Shown: in pieces, positions 19,053-27,354 of the stretch
Layout: each line of letters starts with the position of its first letter
Position numbering within the stretch: position 1 is the first letter of the stretch
Assembly: GCA_963846655.1 (NCBI GenBank)
Contig: CAWJWT010000012.1
Location: 32,341 to 96,340, forward strand
Length of the DNA stretch: 64,000 bases
Direction: 5' to 3'
DNA from: an uncultured beta proteobacterium
Lineage (GTDB): Bacteria; Pseudomonadota; Gammaproteobacteria; Burkholderiales; JACQAP01
Made by a program: the position numbers and the translations under genes
Notes under the pieces: model-generated
What the model was told of the DNA's origin: nothing
Database searches by the model: none
What the model saw: the letters and a program-made list of their open reading frames with translations, nothing else

Positions 19053-21467
19053 ATGTCTCGACCAAAGAGGGTGTCGATGGGAGCGTTGCGCGGGCACACA
19101 CGCGGATGGGGCGTCACCGTTGCGGCGGTTTGGCTGGCCGCGGGCGGCCTCGTCGCCTGCGTTTTCGCCCTGGCCGAGCCGACGAGTACCCCCGCGCTGG
19201 TGGAACTCACGCCGGAGGAAAAAAACTGGCTCACGGCGCACCCGGTGATACGGGTAGGCGCGGAAACCAATTACGCACCCTACGAGTTTCAGGACAGCCG
19301 GCAGCGTTTCGTTGGCGTCGTCGCGGATTATCTCGAGATCATTCGCTACAAACTGGGGACGCGTTTCCAGATTACGCAATTACCGGACTTCGGTGCCGTG
19401 GAAAGCAAGCTGCGCCGCAAGGAACTCGATGTCATCCTCGCCGTGGCCCGTTCGGCCGACCGTGAAGAATTTCTGAATTTCACGCATCCCTATCTGCACT
19501 ACGTCAACGTCATCGTCACCCGCGATGACTACAGCTTCGTGTCGGGACTGAAGGATTTTCAGGAGAATCGCGTCGCGGTCGTCGAGGGACATTCCTCCAA
19601 ACAGCTCACGGCCAAGGTCTATCCGAACTTCAACGTGACCGCGTACCCGGATTTGCTCGACGGCCTGATGGCGGTGTCGACGGGAAAAACAGATGGCCTG
19701 GTTGACGATATTTTTCCGATCGTTTACACCATCCGGTATCGCCAGATCAGCAATCTGAAGATTGCCACCGCGGTGGAAAAAGCATTGCAGCCCCAGGGTT
19801 TCTCAGTGGGTGTGCGCAAGGACTGGCCCGAACTCGTGAGCATCCTGGACAAGGTGCTGCTGACCATCACGCACGAGGAGCAGCGCGAAATATCGCAGAA
19901 GTGGCTCTCGGTGCGATATGAGGACAAGATCGACTACCGGGCCATCTGGACTTCGCTCGCGGTGTTCTCGGCCATTCTGCTTGCGGGCGTGTTTCATATC
20001 CGGCAGTTGGGCAAGCAGAAGAAGGCCTTGCTGGCGGCGCGAGCAGAAGCGGAATCCGCAAACCGCTCCAAGGACCAGTTTCTGGCCAACATGAGCCATG
20101 AGTTGCGCACGCCGCTGCATGCGATTCTCGGTTACGCCGACCTGGTGCGTGCCGGCGCGATGCCGGAACCCTCGCGCCGGGAAGCGCTTGCCACAATTGC
20201 CAGCAGCGGGCGGCATCTGCTTTCGCTGATCAACGACTTGCTCGATCTGTCGCGCATCCGCTCCGGGCATCTGCAATTGAGTCCGGCGCCCATTCAACTG
20301 GCCGCCCTGTTCGATGAAATCGCCGCCATGGTGCGCGTCGAAGCCCAGAAAAAAGGTTTGTTTTTTTTCCTCGAAGTTTCAGGCCTGCCGGAAACAGTGG
20401 AGGCGGACGGCAGACGCCTGCGCCAGATACTGCTCAATCTGCTGGGCAACGCGATCAAGTTTACCGACACGGGTAGCGTCACGCTCAACGTGGAGGGCAC
20501 CCCGGCACCTGGCGGAAAGGTTGCACTGCAGGTCTCGGTGCAGGATACCGGCAAGGGCATTTCGCCGCGCGATACCACCCGCATTTTCGCGCCCTTCGAG
20601 CAGGCGCAGGAGGGGCAGATGCAGGAGTCGGGCGTCGGACTCGGTCTGGCCATTACCCGCGAGCTTGCAGGGCTGATGGGAGGCGATGTGGACGTGCAAA
20701 GTCAGCCCGGGCACGGCAGCCACTTTCGCTTCACCGTGGCACTGCCGGTGATTCCGGTTCGCCAGCACGCGGTGCGCTCTGCCGATCCGGTGGTGGGCTA
20801 CCTCGGCGCGCGCCGATCGATTCTGGTCGTCGACGATCAGGAAGAAAATCGCCGTTTGCTGAAACAGGTGCTCGAACCGCTCGGGTTCACGGTGGTGCTG
20901 GCCGGCGACGCAAACGAAGCAATCACCGTCGCGCGCGCAAGCCATCCGGATCTTATCGTAATGGATTTGCGCATGCCGGGCATGGATGGGGCGGAGGCGG
21001 CGCGGGCGATCCGGCGAATGCCCGGACTGGAGCAAGTGTTCATTCTGGCGGCCTCAGCGAGCAACACCGATCTCGAGCGGGCCGAGGCAGACCCGGCCAC
21101 GTTCGGGGCCTGCCTGCGAAAGCCGTTTCGCATTCGTGATCTGCTGGACGCAATCCAGCGTCCGCTCGCCTTGACCTGGCGCTACGCCGCAGCCGCTGAG
21201 TTGTCCGCCGGCGATCCGGTTGGCGAGACGCAGCCGGCCGTGCGCATCCTGCCTGCGCGCCAGGCGCTGGAAGAACTTCTCGATCTGGCGCGCCTGGGCA
21301 AGCTGGTTCGCGTAGAGCAGATCGCGCGCGATCTCGAGCAACAGGATCCGGGTTACGGCGCATTCGGCCGTCGTTTGTACCTGCTTGCTCGCGGTTTCGA
21401 GGAAGAGCAACTGATCCAGTACTTGCAGGATAGTCTTGAGGCCTGTCGCGATGACGTCAGCCACTGA
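19053..21467 (+). CDS. hybrid sensor histidine kinase (periplasmic solute-binding domain, TM, HisKA, HATPase, REC, C-terminal helical domain)
   Basis: SBP_bac_3-like region (IRVGAETNYAPYEF...), H-box SHELRTPLHAI, G-boxes, and a REC domain (ILVVDDQEENRRLL...DLRMPGMDG). The start is uncertain within 18957-19080. Confidence 0.85.
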   Translation: MSRPKRVSMGALRGHTRGWGVTVAAVWLAAGGLVACVFALAEPTSTPALVELTPEEKNWLTAHPVIRVGAETNYAPYEFQDSRQRFVGVVADYLEIIRYKLGTRFQITQLPDFGAVESKLRRKELDVILAVARSADREEFLNFTHPYLHYVNVIVTRDDYSFVSGLKDFQENRVAVVEGHSSKQLTAKVYPNFNVTAYPDLLDGLMAVSTGKTDGLVDDIFPIVYTIRYRQISNLKIATAVEKALQPQGFSVGVRKDWPELVSILDKVLLTITHEEQREISQKWLSVRYEDKIDYRAIWTSLAVFSAILLAGVFHIRQLGKQKKALLAARAEAESANRSKDQFLANMSHELRTPLHAILGYADLVRAGAMPEPSRREALATIASSGRHLLSLINDLLDLSRIRSGHLQLSPAPIQLAALFDEIAAMVRVEAQKKGLFFFLEVSGLPETVEADGRRLRQILLNLLGNAIKFTDTGSVTLNVEGTPAPGGKVALQVSVQDTGKGISPRDTTRIFAPFEQAQEGQMQESGVGLGLAITRELAGLMGGDVDVQSQPGHGSHFRFTVALPVIPVRQHAVRSADPVVGYLGARRSILVVDDQEENRRLLKQVLEPLGFTVVLAGDANEAITVARASHPDLIVMDLRMPGMDGAEAARAIRRMPGLEQVFILAASASNTDLERAEADPATFGACLRKPFRIRDLLDAIQRPLALTWRYAAAAELSAGDPVGETQPAVRILPARQALEELLDLARLGKLVRVEQIARDLEQQDPGYGAFGRRLYLLARGFEEEQLIQYLQDSLEACRDDVSH

Positions 21468-22572
21468 ACAACGTGACATCACGCTGCTGATCGTCGATGA
21501 CAAGCCCCAGAACCTGCGGCTGATTTCCGACTTTCTCGCGGAGCAGGGCTTTGAACTGATGCTTACGCGCAGCGGCGCGCAGGCGCTGGACAAGATCGAA
21601 CTGGCGATGCCCGATCTCGTGCTGCTCGACGTCACCATGCCAAAAATGGACGGCTTTGAAGTCTGCCGCCGGCTCAAAGCCAATGCGCGGACCGCAAATC
21701 TGCCGGTGATTTTCATGACGGCGCTGGACGACACCGCGCACAAGGTCGAGGGCTTCCGCCTGGGCGCCGCGGATTACATCACCAAGCCCATCCAGCGCGA
21801 AGAACTGCTGGCGCGCATCCAGCATCATTTGCAATTGCACACCTTGCAGAAGGAACTGTTTGCCCAGCGCGAAGTCCTCGCCCAGAAAAACGCCGAACTC
21901 GAAGCTTATGCGCACACGATTGCGCACAGCCTTAAGACGCCGTTGGCAGCCGCCATTCGATTTCTGGAGATTCTGCATAAATTCAAATCCGGCGATCTGG
22001 GCAGCGAACAACGCCATCTGGTGCAGCAGGCGGTCAGCGCGCTGGCCATGACCGGCGATGTCGTTGATGCATTGCTGCTGCTTTCGACCGTGGCACAACA
22101 GAATGTCGAGTTGCAGCCGCTGCAGATGCACACTGTGGTCGGGCAGGTTCTGAGCCAGCTTGCCGATTTGCAGGCGCGCACCGGGGCCACGTTGCAACTG
22201 CCCCAAGCCTGGCCGCCGGCGATTGGCTACGCGCCCTGGGTGGGGGAGGTGTGGCTCAATCTCGTGAGCAATGCGCTGAAATACGCGGGGTCCCCGCCAC
22301 GCATCGAACTGGGCGGTACGCTTCAGGACGCGCATGTGCGATTCTGGGTCAGGGACAATGGGCAAGCGTTGTCCGAACAGGAGCGCACGCGCGTGTTCAT
22401 TCCCTTTACGCGATTGCATCGCGAACGTGCCGCCGGCCATGGCCTGGGATTGGCCACGGTACAGCGCATCGTCACGCGCCTGGGTGGTCATGTTGGCGTC
22501 AGCGCGGGCAATCCCGGCGGCAATGAGTTTTTCTTCGAGTTGCCGGCTGCGACGCAAGCCAAGCCCGTGTGA
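21451..22572 (+). CDS. response-regulator/histidine-kinase fusion (REC-HisKA-HATPase)
   Basis: REC domain (LLIVDDKPQNLRL...DVTMPKMDGFE), H-box-like region AHSLKTPLAA and ATPase G-boxes. It overlaps the upstream kinase gene by 17 nt. Confidence 0.85.
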   Translation: MTSATEQRDITLLIVDDKPQNLRLISDFLAEQGFELMLTRSGAQALDKIELAMPDLVLLDVTMPKMDGFEVCRRLKANARTANLPVIFMTALDDTAHKVEGFRLGAADYITKPIQREELLARIQHHLQLHTLQKELFAQREVLAQKNAELEAYAHTIAHSLKTPLAAAIRFLEILHKFKSGDLGSEQRHLVQQAVSALAMTGDVVDALLLLSTVAQQNVELQPLQMHTVVGQVLSQLADLQARTGATLQLPQAWPPAIGYAPWVGEVWLNLVSNALKYAGSPPRIELGGTLQDAHVRFWVRDNGQALSEQERTRVFIPFTRLHRERAAGHGLGLATVQRIVTRLGGHVGVSAGNPGGNEFFFELPAATQAKPV

Positions 22573-22588
22573 TGGGAGATCTGCTGTC

Positions 22589-23215
22589 ATGAAGATCCTG
22601 CACGCCGACGACCATTCCCTGTTTCGCGAAGGGCTCGGATTCTTTCTGAAGCTGCTCGATGCGCGGGTCGTGGCGCTGGAGGCCGGTAATTTCCAGGCGA
22701 CCCTGGACAAACTGGCGCTGGAGTGGCCCGTCGATCTGCTGCTGCTCGACCTGGAAATGCCGGGAATGAGTGGAATCGACGGTTTCAATGCGATTCACAA
22801 GCGCTATCCGGGATTGCCGATTGCAATTGTCTCCGGAATCAGCGACATGCGTCTCGTGCGCGGCCTGATCGACAGCGGCGCACGCGGGTATATCCCCAAG
22901 CTTGCCAGCAGCGAACGCTTGATGGACGCGCTGCGGCGCATCCTGCGCGGAGAGATTTACCTTCCCGAAGAACTGTTCGTTCCCGGTGCGAAACCTGATA
23001 CGCCGTCAGACCACCCCTCACCCCTGACTGCTCGCCAGCAGGAAATCCTTGCACTCCTGGCGGAAGGCATGCCAAACAAGCGCATCGCTGGCGCGCTGGG
23101 CGTGACGGAGGGAACCATCAAACAGCACCTGAAGGATTTGTTCAGGCGTCTGGGCGCGGCGAACCGTACGCAAGCCGTCAGGCAGGCGCGGCGCCTCGGC
23201 CTGCTGCAGGGCTGA
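22589..23215 (+). CDS. NarL/FixJ (LuxR-type) response regulator
   Basis: MKILHADDHSLFREGL..., DLEMPGMSG, and a C-terminal LuxR HTH (LTARQQEILALLAEGMPNKRIAGALGVTEGTIKQH). The ATG at 22589 was verified in the DNA. Confidence 0.9.
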   Translation: MKILHADDHSLFREGLGFFLKLLDARVVALEAGNFQATLDKLALEWPVDLLLLDLEMPGMSGIDGFNAIHKRYPGLPIAIVSGISDMRLVRGLIDSGARGYIPKLASSERLMDALRRILRGEIYLPEELFVPGAKPDTPSDHPSPLTARQQEILALLAEGMPNKRIAGALGVTEGTIKQHLKDLFRRLGAANRTQAVRQARRLGLLQG

Positions 23216-23216
23216 G

Positions 23217-23250
23217 CAAAAAAAGAAGGCAGGTCGCCCTGCCTTCTTTG
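23217..23250. terminator. bidirectional rho-independent terminator
   Basis: AAAGAAGGCAGG-TCGC-CCTGCCTTCTTT forms a 12-bp perfect stem flanked by an A-run and a T-run, between convergent genes. Confidence 0.8.
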
Positions 23251-23281
23251 CCTATCCTGAATCCGGTTTCGCGGATTGCAG

Positions 23282-23827
23282 TTACTGGGGTTGCACTTTC
23301 TTTTTCTTTTTCTTGGCCGCTTTTTTCTGGCCGTCCACTGTCCGGCCCGGTTTGTCCGCGTTGCCCCCCGACTTTACTGACCCTTCCTCGATGGCACGGG
23401 CGGGCTTGTCGCTGCTGCCGCCGGACTTGACTGCGCCGTCTTCAAGGGCACGGCCCGGTTTGTTGGAATCGCCACCCGATTTCACCGAACCTTCTTCAAT
23501 GGCACGCGCGGGCTTGTTGGTGTTAGCGCCGGACTTGACTGCGCCGTCTTCGAGTGCGCGGCCCGGTTTGTTGGAATCACCACCCGATTTCACCGCACCT
23601 TCTTCAATGGCACGCGCGGGCTTGTTGGTGTTAGCGCCGGACTTCACTGCGCCATCTTCGAGTGCACGGCCCGGTTTGTTGGAATCGCCCCCCGATTTGA
23701 CTGCGCCGTCTTCGATTGCGCGGGCGGGTTTGGCGGTGTTGCCGCCCGATTTCACCTCGTCTGCATAACTGGGCAGCGAGAGCATCAGGATGCTGGCAGC
23801 TGCCAGCGCGGGAATCAATATACGCAT
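23282..23827 (-). CDS. exported repetitive protein: 8 x 18-aa repeats plus a poly-Lys tail
   Basis: Signal peptide MRILIPALAAASILMLSLPSYA, then eight units of the type GAVKSGGDSNKPGRALED / GAVKSGANTNKPARAIEE, then QKKAAKKKKKKVQPQ. Confidence 0.7.
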   Translation of the reverse strand: MRILIPALAAASILMLSLPSYADEVKSGGNTAKPARAIEDGAVKSGGDSNKPGRALEDGAVKSGANTNKPARAIEEGAVKSGGDSNKPGRALEDGAVKSGANTNKPARAIEEGSVKSGGDSNKPGRALEDGAVKSGGSSDKPARAIEEGSVKSGGNADKPGRTVDGQKKAAKKKKKKVQPQ

Positions 23828-24042
23828 GCATATCTCCTTGTCATGTTCTGTCGTTGCCTGCCGACAGAGGCGGAATGCGATCCTTGCGACCGGTCGATCG
23901 CAAGGTCAGGAAGCAGGCACTCTTCCGTGGCCGACATGCTCGCAACATGCAGCCGCGGCCGCCATTCCGCGTTGGGGACAGTTCTATCACTTTCGTTATA
24001 AGCCGCTGCACCGGGAGCGCACGGGCCGGGCCTATGCTCCCG

Positions 24043-24810
24043 TCATTTCCCGAGGTGCAATCCTGAATCGACCAGGATGGATTCGCCCGTCACCAGATCG
24101 GCGCCTTCCACGAGCCAGATCGCGACTTCGGCAACGTCATCGGGCGTTGCTGCTTTTGCGAGCGGCACGTTTTTTTCGTAGTTCGATTTGAATTTGGCAT
24201 AGTCCTCCTTGCTGTAGCGGGACAAATGCCAGCGTGTTTCGATGAGCCCGGGGCACACCGCGTTCACGCGAATCTCGGGTGCCAGCGAGCGCGCAAGCGC
24301 CAGCGTCATCGCATTCAGGGCGCCTTTGGAGGCGATGTAAGCCGTGGAGGAACCGATGCCACGCACGCCCGAGATCGACGAGATGTTCACGATGGCGCCT
24401 TTGCCCTGTTTCTTCATGGCCGGCGCGCACGCGCGGATCATCTGATAAGGACCAATCACGTTCACCGCATAGATGCGCTGGAAGTCTTCCGCGTCGAGGC
24501 CGTCGAGATCGCTCGCGGCGGCAAACTTGGTGATGCCGGCGTTGTTGATCAGTGCGTCGATGCGTCCCCATTTGTCGAGCGCCGCCTGCGCTAGCGCGCG
24601 GCAATCGGCATCCTTCGCCACGTCGGCCCGGACCAGAATGGCGTCTGCCCCCGCGGCCTTGCATTGGTCTGCCGTGGCCTTGGCGTCGTCTTCGCTGCGT
24701 GTGTAATTGATGACGACGCGGCAGCCTTTTTTGGCGAGCTGAATCGCGCAAGCCGCACCGGTGCCGGTGGCAGAGCCCGTGACGATGCCCACCGCTCCTT
24801 CCAGTTTCAT
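24043..24810 (-). CDS. SDR family oxidoreductase
   Basis: 255 aa with TGSATGTG, NNAG and YIASKGA motifs. Confidence 0.9.
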   Translation of the reverse strand: MKLEGAVGIVTGSATGTGAACAIQLAKKGCRVVINYTRSEDDAKATADQCKAAGADAILVRADVAKDADCRALAQAALDKWGRIDALINNAGITKFAAASDLDGLDAEDFQRIYAVNVIGPYQMIRACAPAMKKQGKGAIVNISSISGVRGIGSSTAYIASKGALNAMTLALARSLAPEIRVNAVCPGLIETRWHLSRYSKEDYAKFKSNYEKNVPLAKAATPDDVAEVAIWLVEGADLVTGESILVDSGLHLGK

Positions 24811-24902
24811 GATCGTGTCCTTTCGTTGTGGGACGCCGATGCTATCAGAAGACTTCGGGCTCGCCGCAGCCGCTTGCAGATTCGGCTGCGCATGGGGACG
24901 AC

Positions 24903-24930
24903 AAAGGCCCGGCAGCGCCCGGGCCTTTTC
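24903..24930 (-). terminator. probable terminator hairpin downstream of the glycine-zipper gene
   Basis: A GC-rich stem, AAAGGCCCGG-CAGCG-CCCGGGCCTTTT. The U-run on the minus strand is weak. Confidence 0.45.
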
Positions 24931-24954
24931 AAGCGCGCGAGGGCGCTCGGCAAT

Positions 24955-25461
24955 TCAGCGCGGTGTTACCGACACATTGACGCGCAACTGATTGCCCGGG
25001 TCGTAGGGCAGGCGTGTCGAAAAACGCTGGCCGCCGTATTCATAGGTCACCATGTATCCCGACGTGACGGACTGAAAACTATCCACCTGGCGGCAGCGCT
25101 GCACCGGTACCGTTGTAACGACAGGATTGCTGTAGTTGTTGCGGTTGGCGATCGCGTCGCCCGTGAGCGCGCCCACGCCGGCGCCGACGGCCGCACCTGC
25201 GACGCGCCCGTTGCCACGGCCGACCTGGGCGCCCAGCAAGCCCCCGGCGACGCCGCCAATGAGGGCGCCCAGATAACTGCGCTGCGGTGGTGGCGCGGCC
25301 TGCGAGATTTGCTGCGTTTCCGTCCAGCACTGCTGCGTCGGGCGGTTGACCTGTTCGGTAATCGGCGCCACACCGACGACGGTGGCGATTGCCTCGAAGG
25401 CATTCGCGTTGATCTGTGCAACCGTCAGCACAGTTGCCACGACAAGCGAAGTTTTCCTCAT
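24955..25461 (-). CDS. glycine-zipper (2TM / 17-kDa antigen-like) outer-membrane-type protein
   Basis: 168 aa with a signal peptide and a Gly-zipper segment GALIGGVAGGLLGAQVGRGNGRVAGAAVGAGVGALTG. Confidence 0.7.
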   Translation of the reverse strand: MRKTSLVVATVLTVAQINANAFEAIATVVGVAPITEQVNRPTQQCWTETQQISQAAPPPQRSYLGALIGGVAGGLLGAQVGRGNGRVAGAAVGAGVGALTGDAIANRNNYSNPVVTTVPVQRCRQVDSFQSVTSGYMVTYEYGGQRFSTRLPYDPGNQLRVNVSVTPR

Positions 25462-25555
25462 GGACGGCCCCTCCTCTGTAACGCACGCGTCGTGCTGGGT
25501 ACTTTAACGCCGATAAATGCCGCCGGTTGATCAGCATTTGTAACGTAGTGTGAAT

Positions 25556-25780
25556 CAGTAACGGACGCCTGCGGCCGTTACTGACGTGACGGTCGTGACG
25601 GTCGTGACGGTCGTGACGGCGTGACGGCGTGACGGCGTGATCGTGTCAGGCGTGATAAAGCAAAGTCAAGTATTTGAATCGCGGTTTTTCTCAGATCGAG
25701 TGCGCCGGGGTCCAAGTCACGTCCGTCACGTCGTCACGTCGTCACGATCGTCACGACATTCACGTCATTCACGGATATTC
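25556..25780. repeat. CGTGAC-type short tandem repeat arrays in inverted arms (array A)
   Basis: A 9-bp-stem hairpin lies at 25556-25583. The left arm (25584-25660) reads (CGTGACGGT)x3, (CGTGACGG)x3, CGTGAT and further decayed units. The right arm (25715-25777) is the reverse-complement type: (GTCACG..)x5 followed by (CATTCACG)x2. Confidence 0.9.
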
Positions 25781-25808
25781 CCGGCATTTCAGGCACAATC
25801 TCCGCCCG

Positions 25809-27059
25809 GTGACGAACGACCATAAAAATAACAGCCCCCTGGTGCCTGCCGGGGTGGACTCCTCGTATGCGTGGACGCGGTTGTGGCTCGCGCTGACGCT
25901 CTCGACGATCGGCGGCGTGGGCATGTGGTCGGTGGTCGTGGCGCTGCCGGCGGTCCAGGCAGAGTTCGGGGTGGCCCGCGCGGACGCTTCGCTGCCGTAC
26001 ACGCTCACCATGCTGGGTTTCGGCGTGGGCGGCATCGCGCTGGGCCGCTTGTCGGATCGTGTCGGCATCCTGCCGCCCCTGCTCATCGGAATGCTGTGCC
26101 TGACCCTCGGTTACGTCGTGGCCGCATCGGCATCCTCGCTCGGCCAATATTCCATTGCCCATGGGTTGCTCATCGGCTTCGGCAGTTCGGCGACATTCTC
26201 GCCGCTGCTCGCGGACACCTCACAATGGTTCGCGCGCCGGCGCGGGATCGCGGTGGCCATCATCGCCAGCGGCAACTATCTGGCCGGCACCATCTGGCCT
26301 TCCGTGATCCAGCATTTCATCGAAACAAGTGGCTGGCGCCAGACCTTGCTGGGGATTGCCGCGTTCTGCGCGGTGACCATGACGCCGCTGGTGCTGCTGC
26401 TGCGCAAGCGGCTGCCCGCAGAAGACGAACCTGATGCGACTTCGCTGCAAATGCTGCAGCGGGTGCGTCCGCTGGGCCTGTCGCCGCGCGCCTTGCAGAA
26501 CCTGCTGATCGTTGCCGGCATCGGCTGCTGTGTGGCGATGTCGATGCCGCAGGTTCACCTGGTGGCCTATTGTGGAGACCTGGGTTACGGCGCGGCGCGC
26601 GGTGCGCAGATGCTGTCGTTGATGTTGGCCTGCGGCATCGTCAGCCGCATCCTGTTCGGCCTGATCTCCGACCGCGTGGGCGGATTACGGACCTTGCTGA
26701 TCGGCTCCGGCTTGCAATGCGTCGCGTTGATTCTGTTCCTGCCCTTCGACGGACTCGTGTCGTTGTATGTCATCTCGGCCCTGTTCGGGCTGTTCCAGGG
26801 CGGGCTCGTGCCGTCCTACGCCATCATCGTTCGTGAATATTTCCCGCCGAAGCAGGCCGGCACGCGCATCGGCATCGTGCTCACTGCGACGATGCTGGGC
26901 ATGGCGTTCGGCGGCTGGATGTCCGGCGCGATTTTCGACCTGACCGGGTCCTACCGCATGGCGTTCATGAACGGCATTGCATGGAACCTGGTGAACATGA
27001 CCATTGCGGTGCTGCTGCTGAGTCGAAGCCGCGGGCGCAGGGGGGTGTTAAGGGCGTAA
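25809..27059 (+). CDS. MFS transporter
   Basis: Twelve-TM-like hydrophobic pattern with LGRLSDRVG and GLISDRVGG loops. The ATG at 25674 would read through the repeat array, so the GTG at 25809 is preferred. GTG 25842 and GTG 25854 are also possible. Confidence 0.8.
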   Translation: MTNDHKNNSPLVPAGVDSSYAWTRLWLALTLSTIGGVGMWSVVVALPAVQAEFGVARADASLPYTLTMLGFGVGGIALGRLSDRVGILPPLLIGMLCLTLGYVVAASASSLGQYSIAHGLLIGFGSSATFSPLLADTSQWFARRRGIAVAIIASGNYLAGTIWPSVIQHFIETSGWRQTLLGIAAFCAVTMTPLVLLLRKRLPAEDEPDATSLQMLQRVRPLGLSPRALQNLLIVAGIGCCVAMSMPQVHLVAYCGDLGYGAARGAQMLSLMLACGIVSRILFGLISDRVGGLRTLLIGSGLQCVALILFLPFDGLVSLYVISALFGLFQGGLVPSYAIIVREYFPPKQAGTRIGIVLTATMLGMAFGGWMSGAIFDLTGSYRMAFMNGIAWNLVNMTIAVLLLSRSRGRRGVLRA

Positions 27060-27068
27060 TGTCGGGAA

Positions 27069-27350
27069 GGCCGTGAATGTCGTGAATACCGTGACGGTCG
27101 TGACGGTCGTGACGGTCGTGACGACGTGACGACGTAAATACCGTGTCCCACAAGGGGATACCGGGCTCACGCCCCGTCGTGACGGCGACGTGACGGTCGC
27201 GTTCACGGGCGATTCACGGGCATGTCGACGGACATTCACGGCATTCACGGCATTCACGGCATTCACGGCATTCACGACATTCACGGCATTCACGACATTC
27301 ACGACATTCACGGCATTCACGAAGCATTCACGACATTCACGGCATTTACA
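27069..27350. repeat. CGTGAAT/CGTGAC short tandem repeat arrays in inverted arms (array B)
   Basis: The left arm (27069-27146) reads GGCCGTGAATGT CGTGAATAC (CGTGACGGT)x3 (CGTGACGA)x2. The right arm (27233-27350) has about 13 copies of the 9-mer CATTCACGR, which is the reverse complement of the CGTGAATG type. The array fills the whole convergent intergenic gap. Confidence 0.9.
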
Positions 27351-27354
27351 ACGG

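Noticed and set aside
25560-27350. Possible CRISPR arrays
   Set aside because: The repeat units are only 6-9 nt and directly abut each other with no unique spacers. No cas genes are present.
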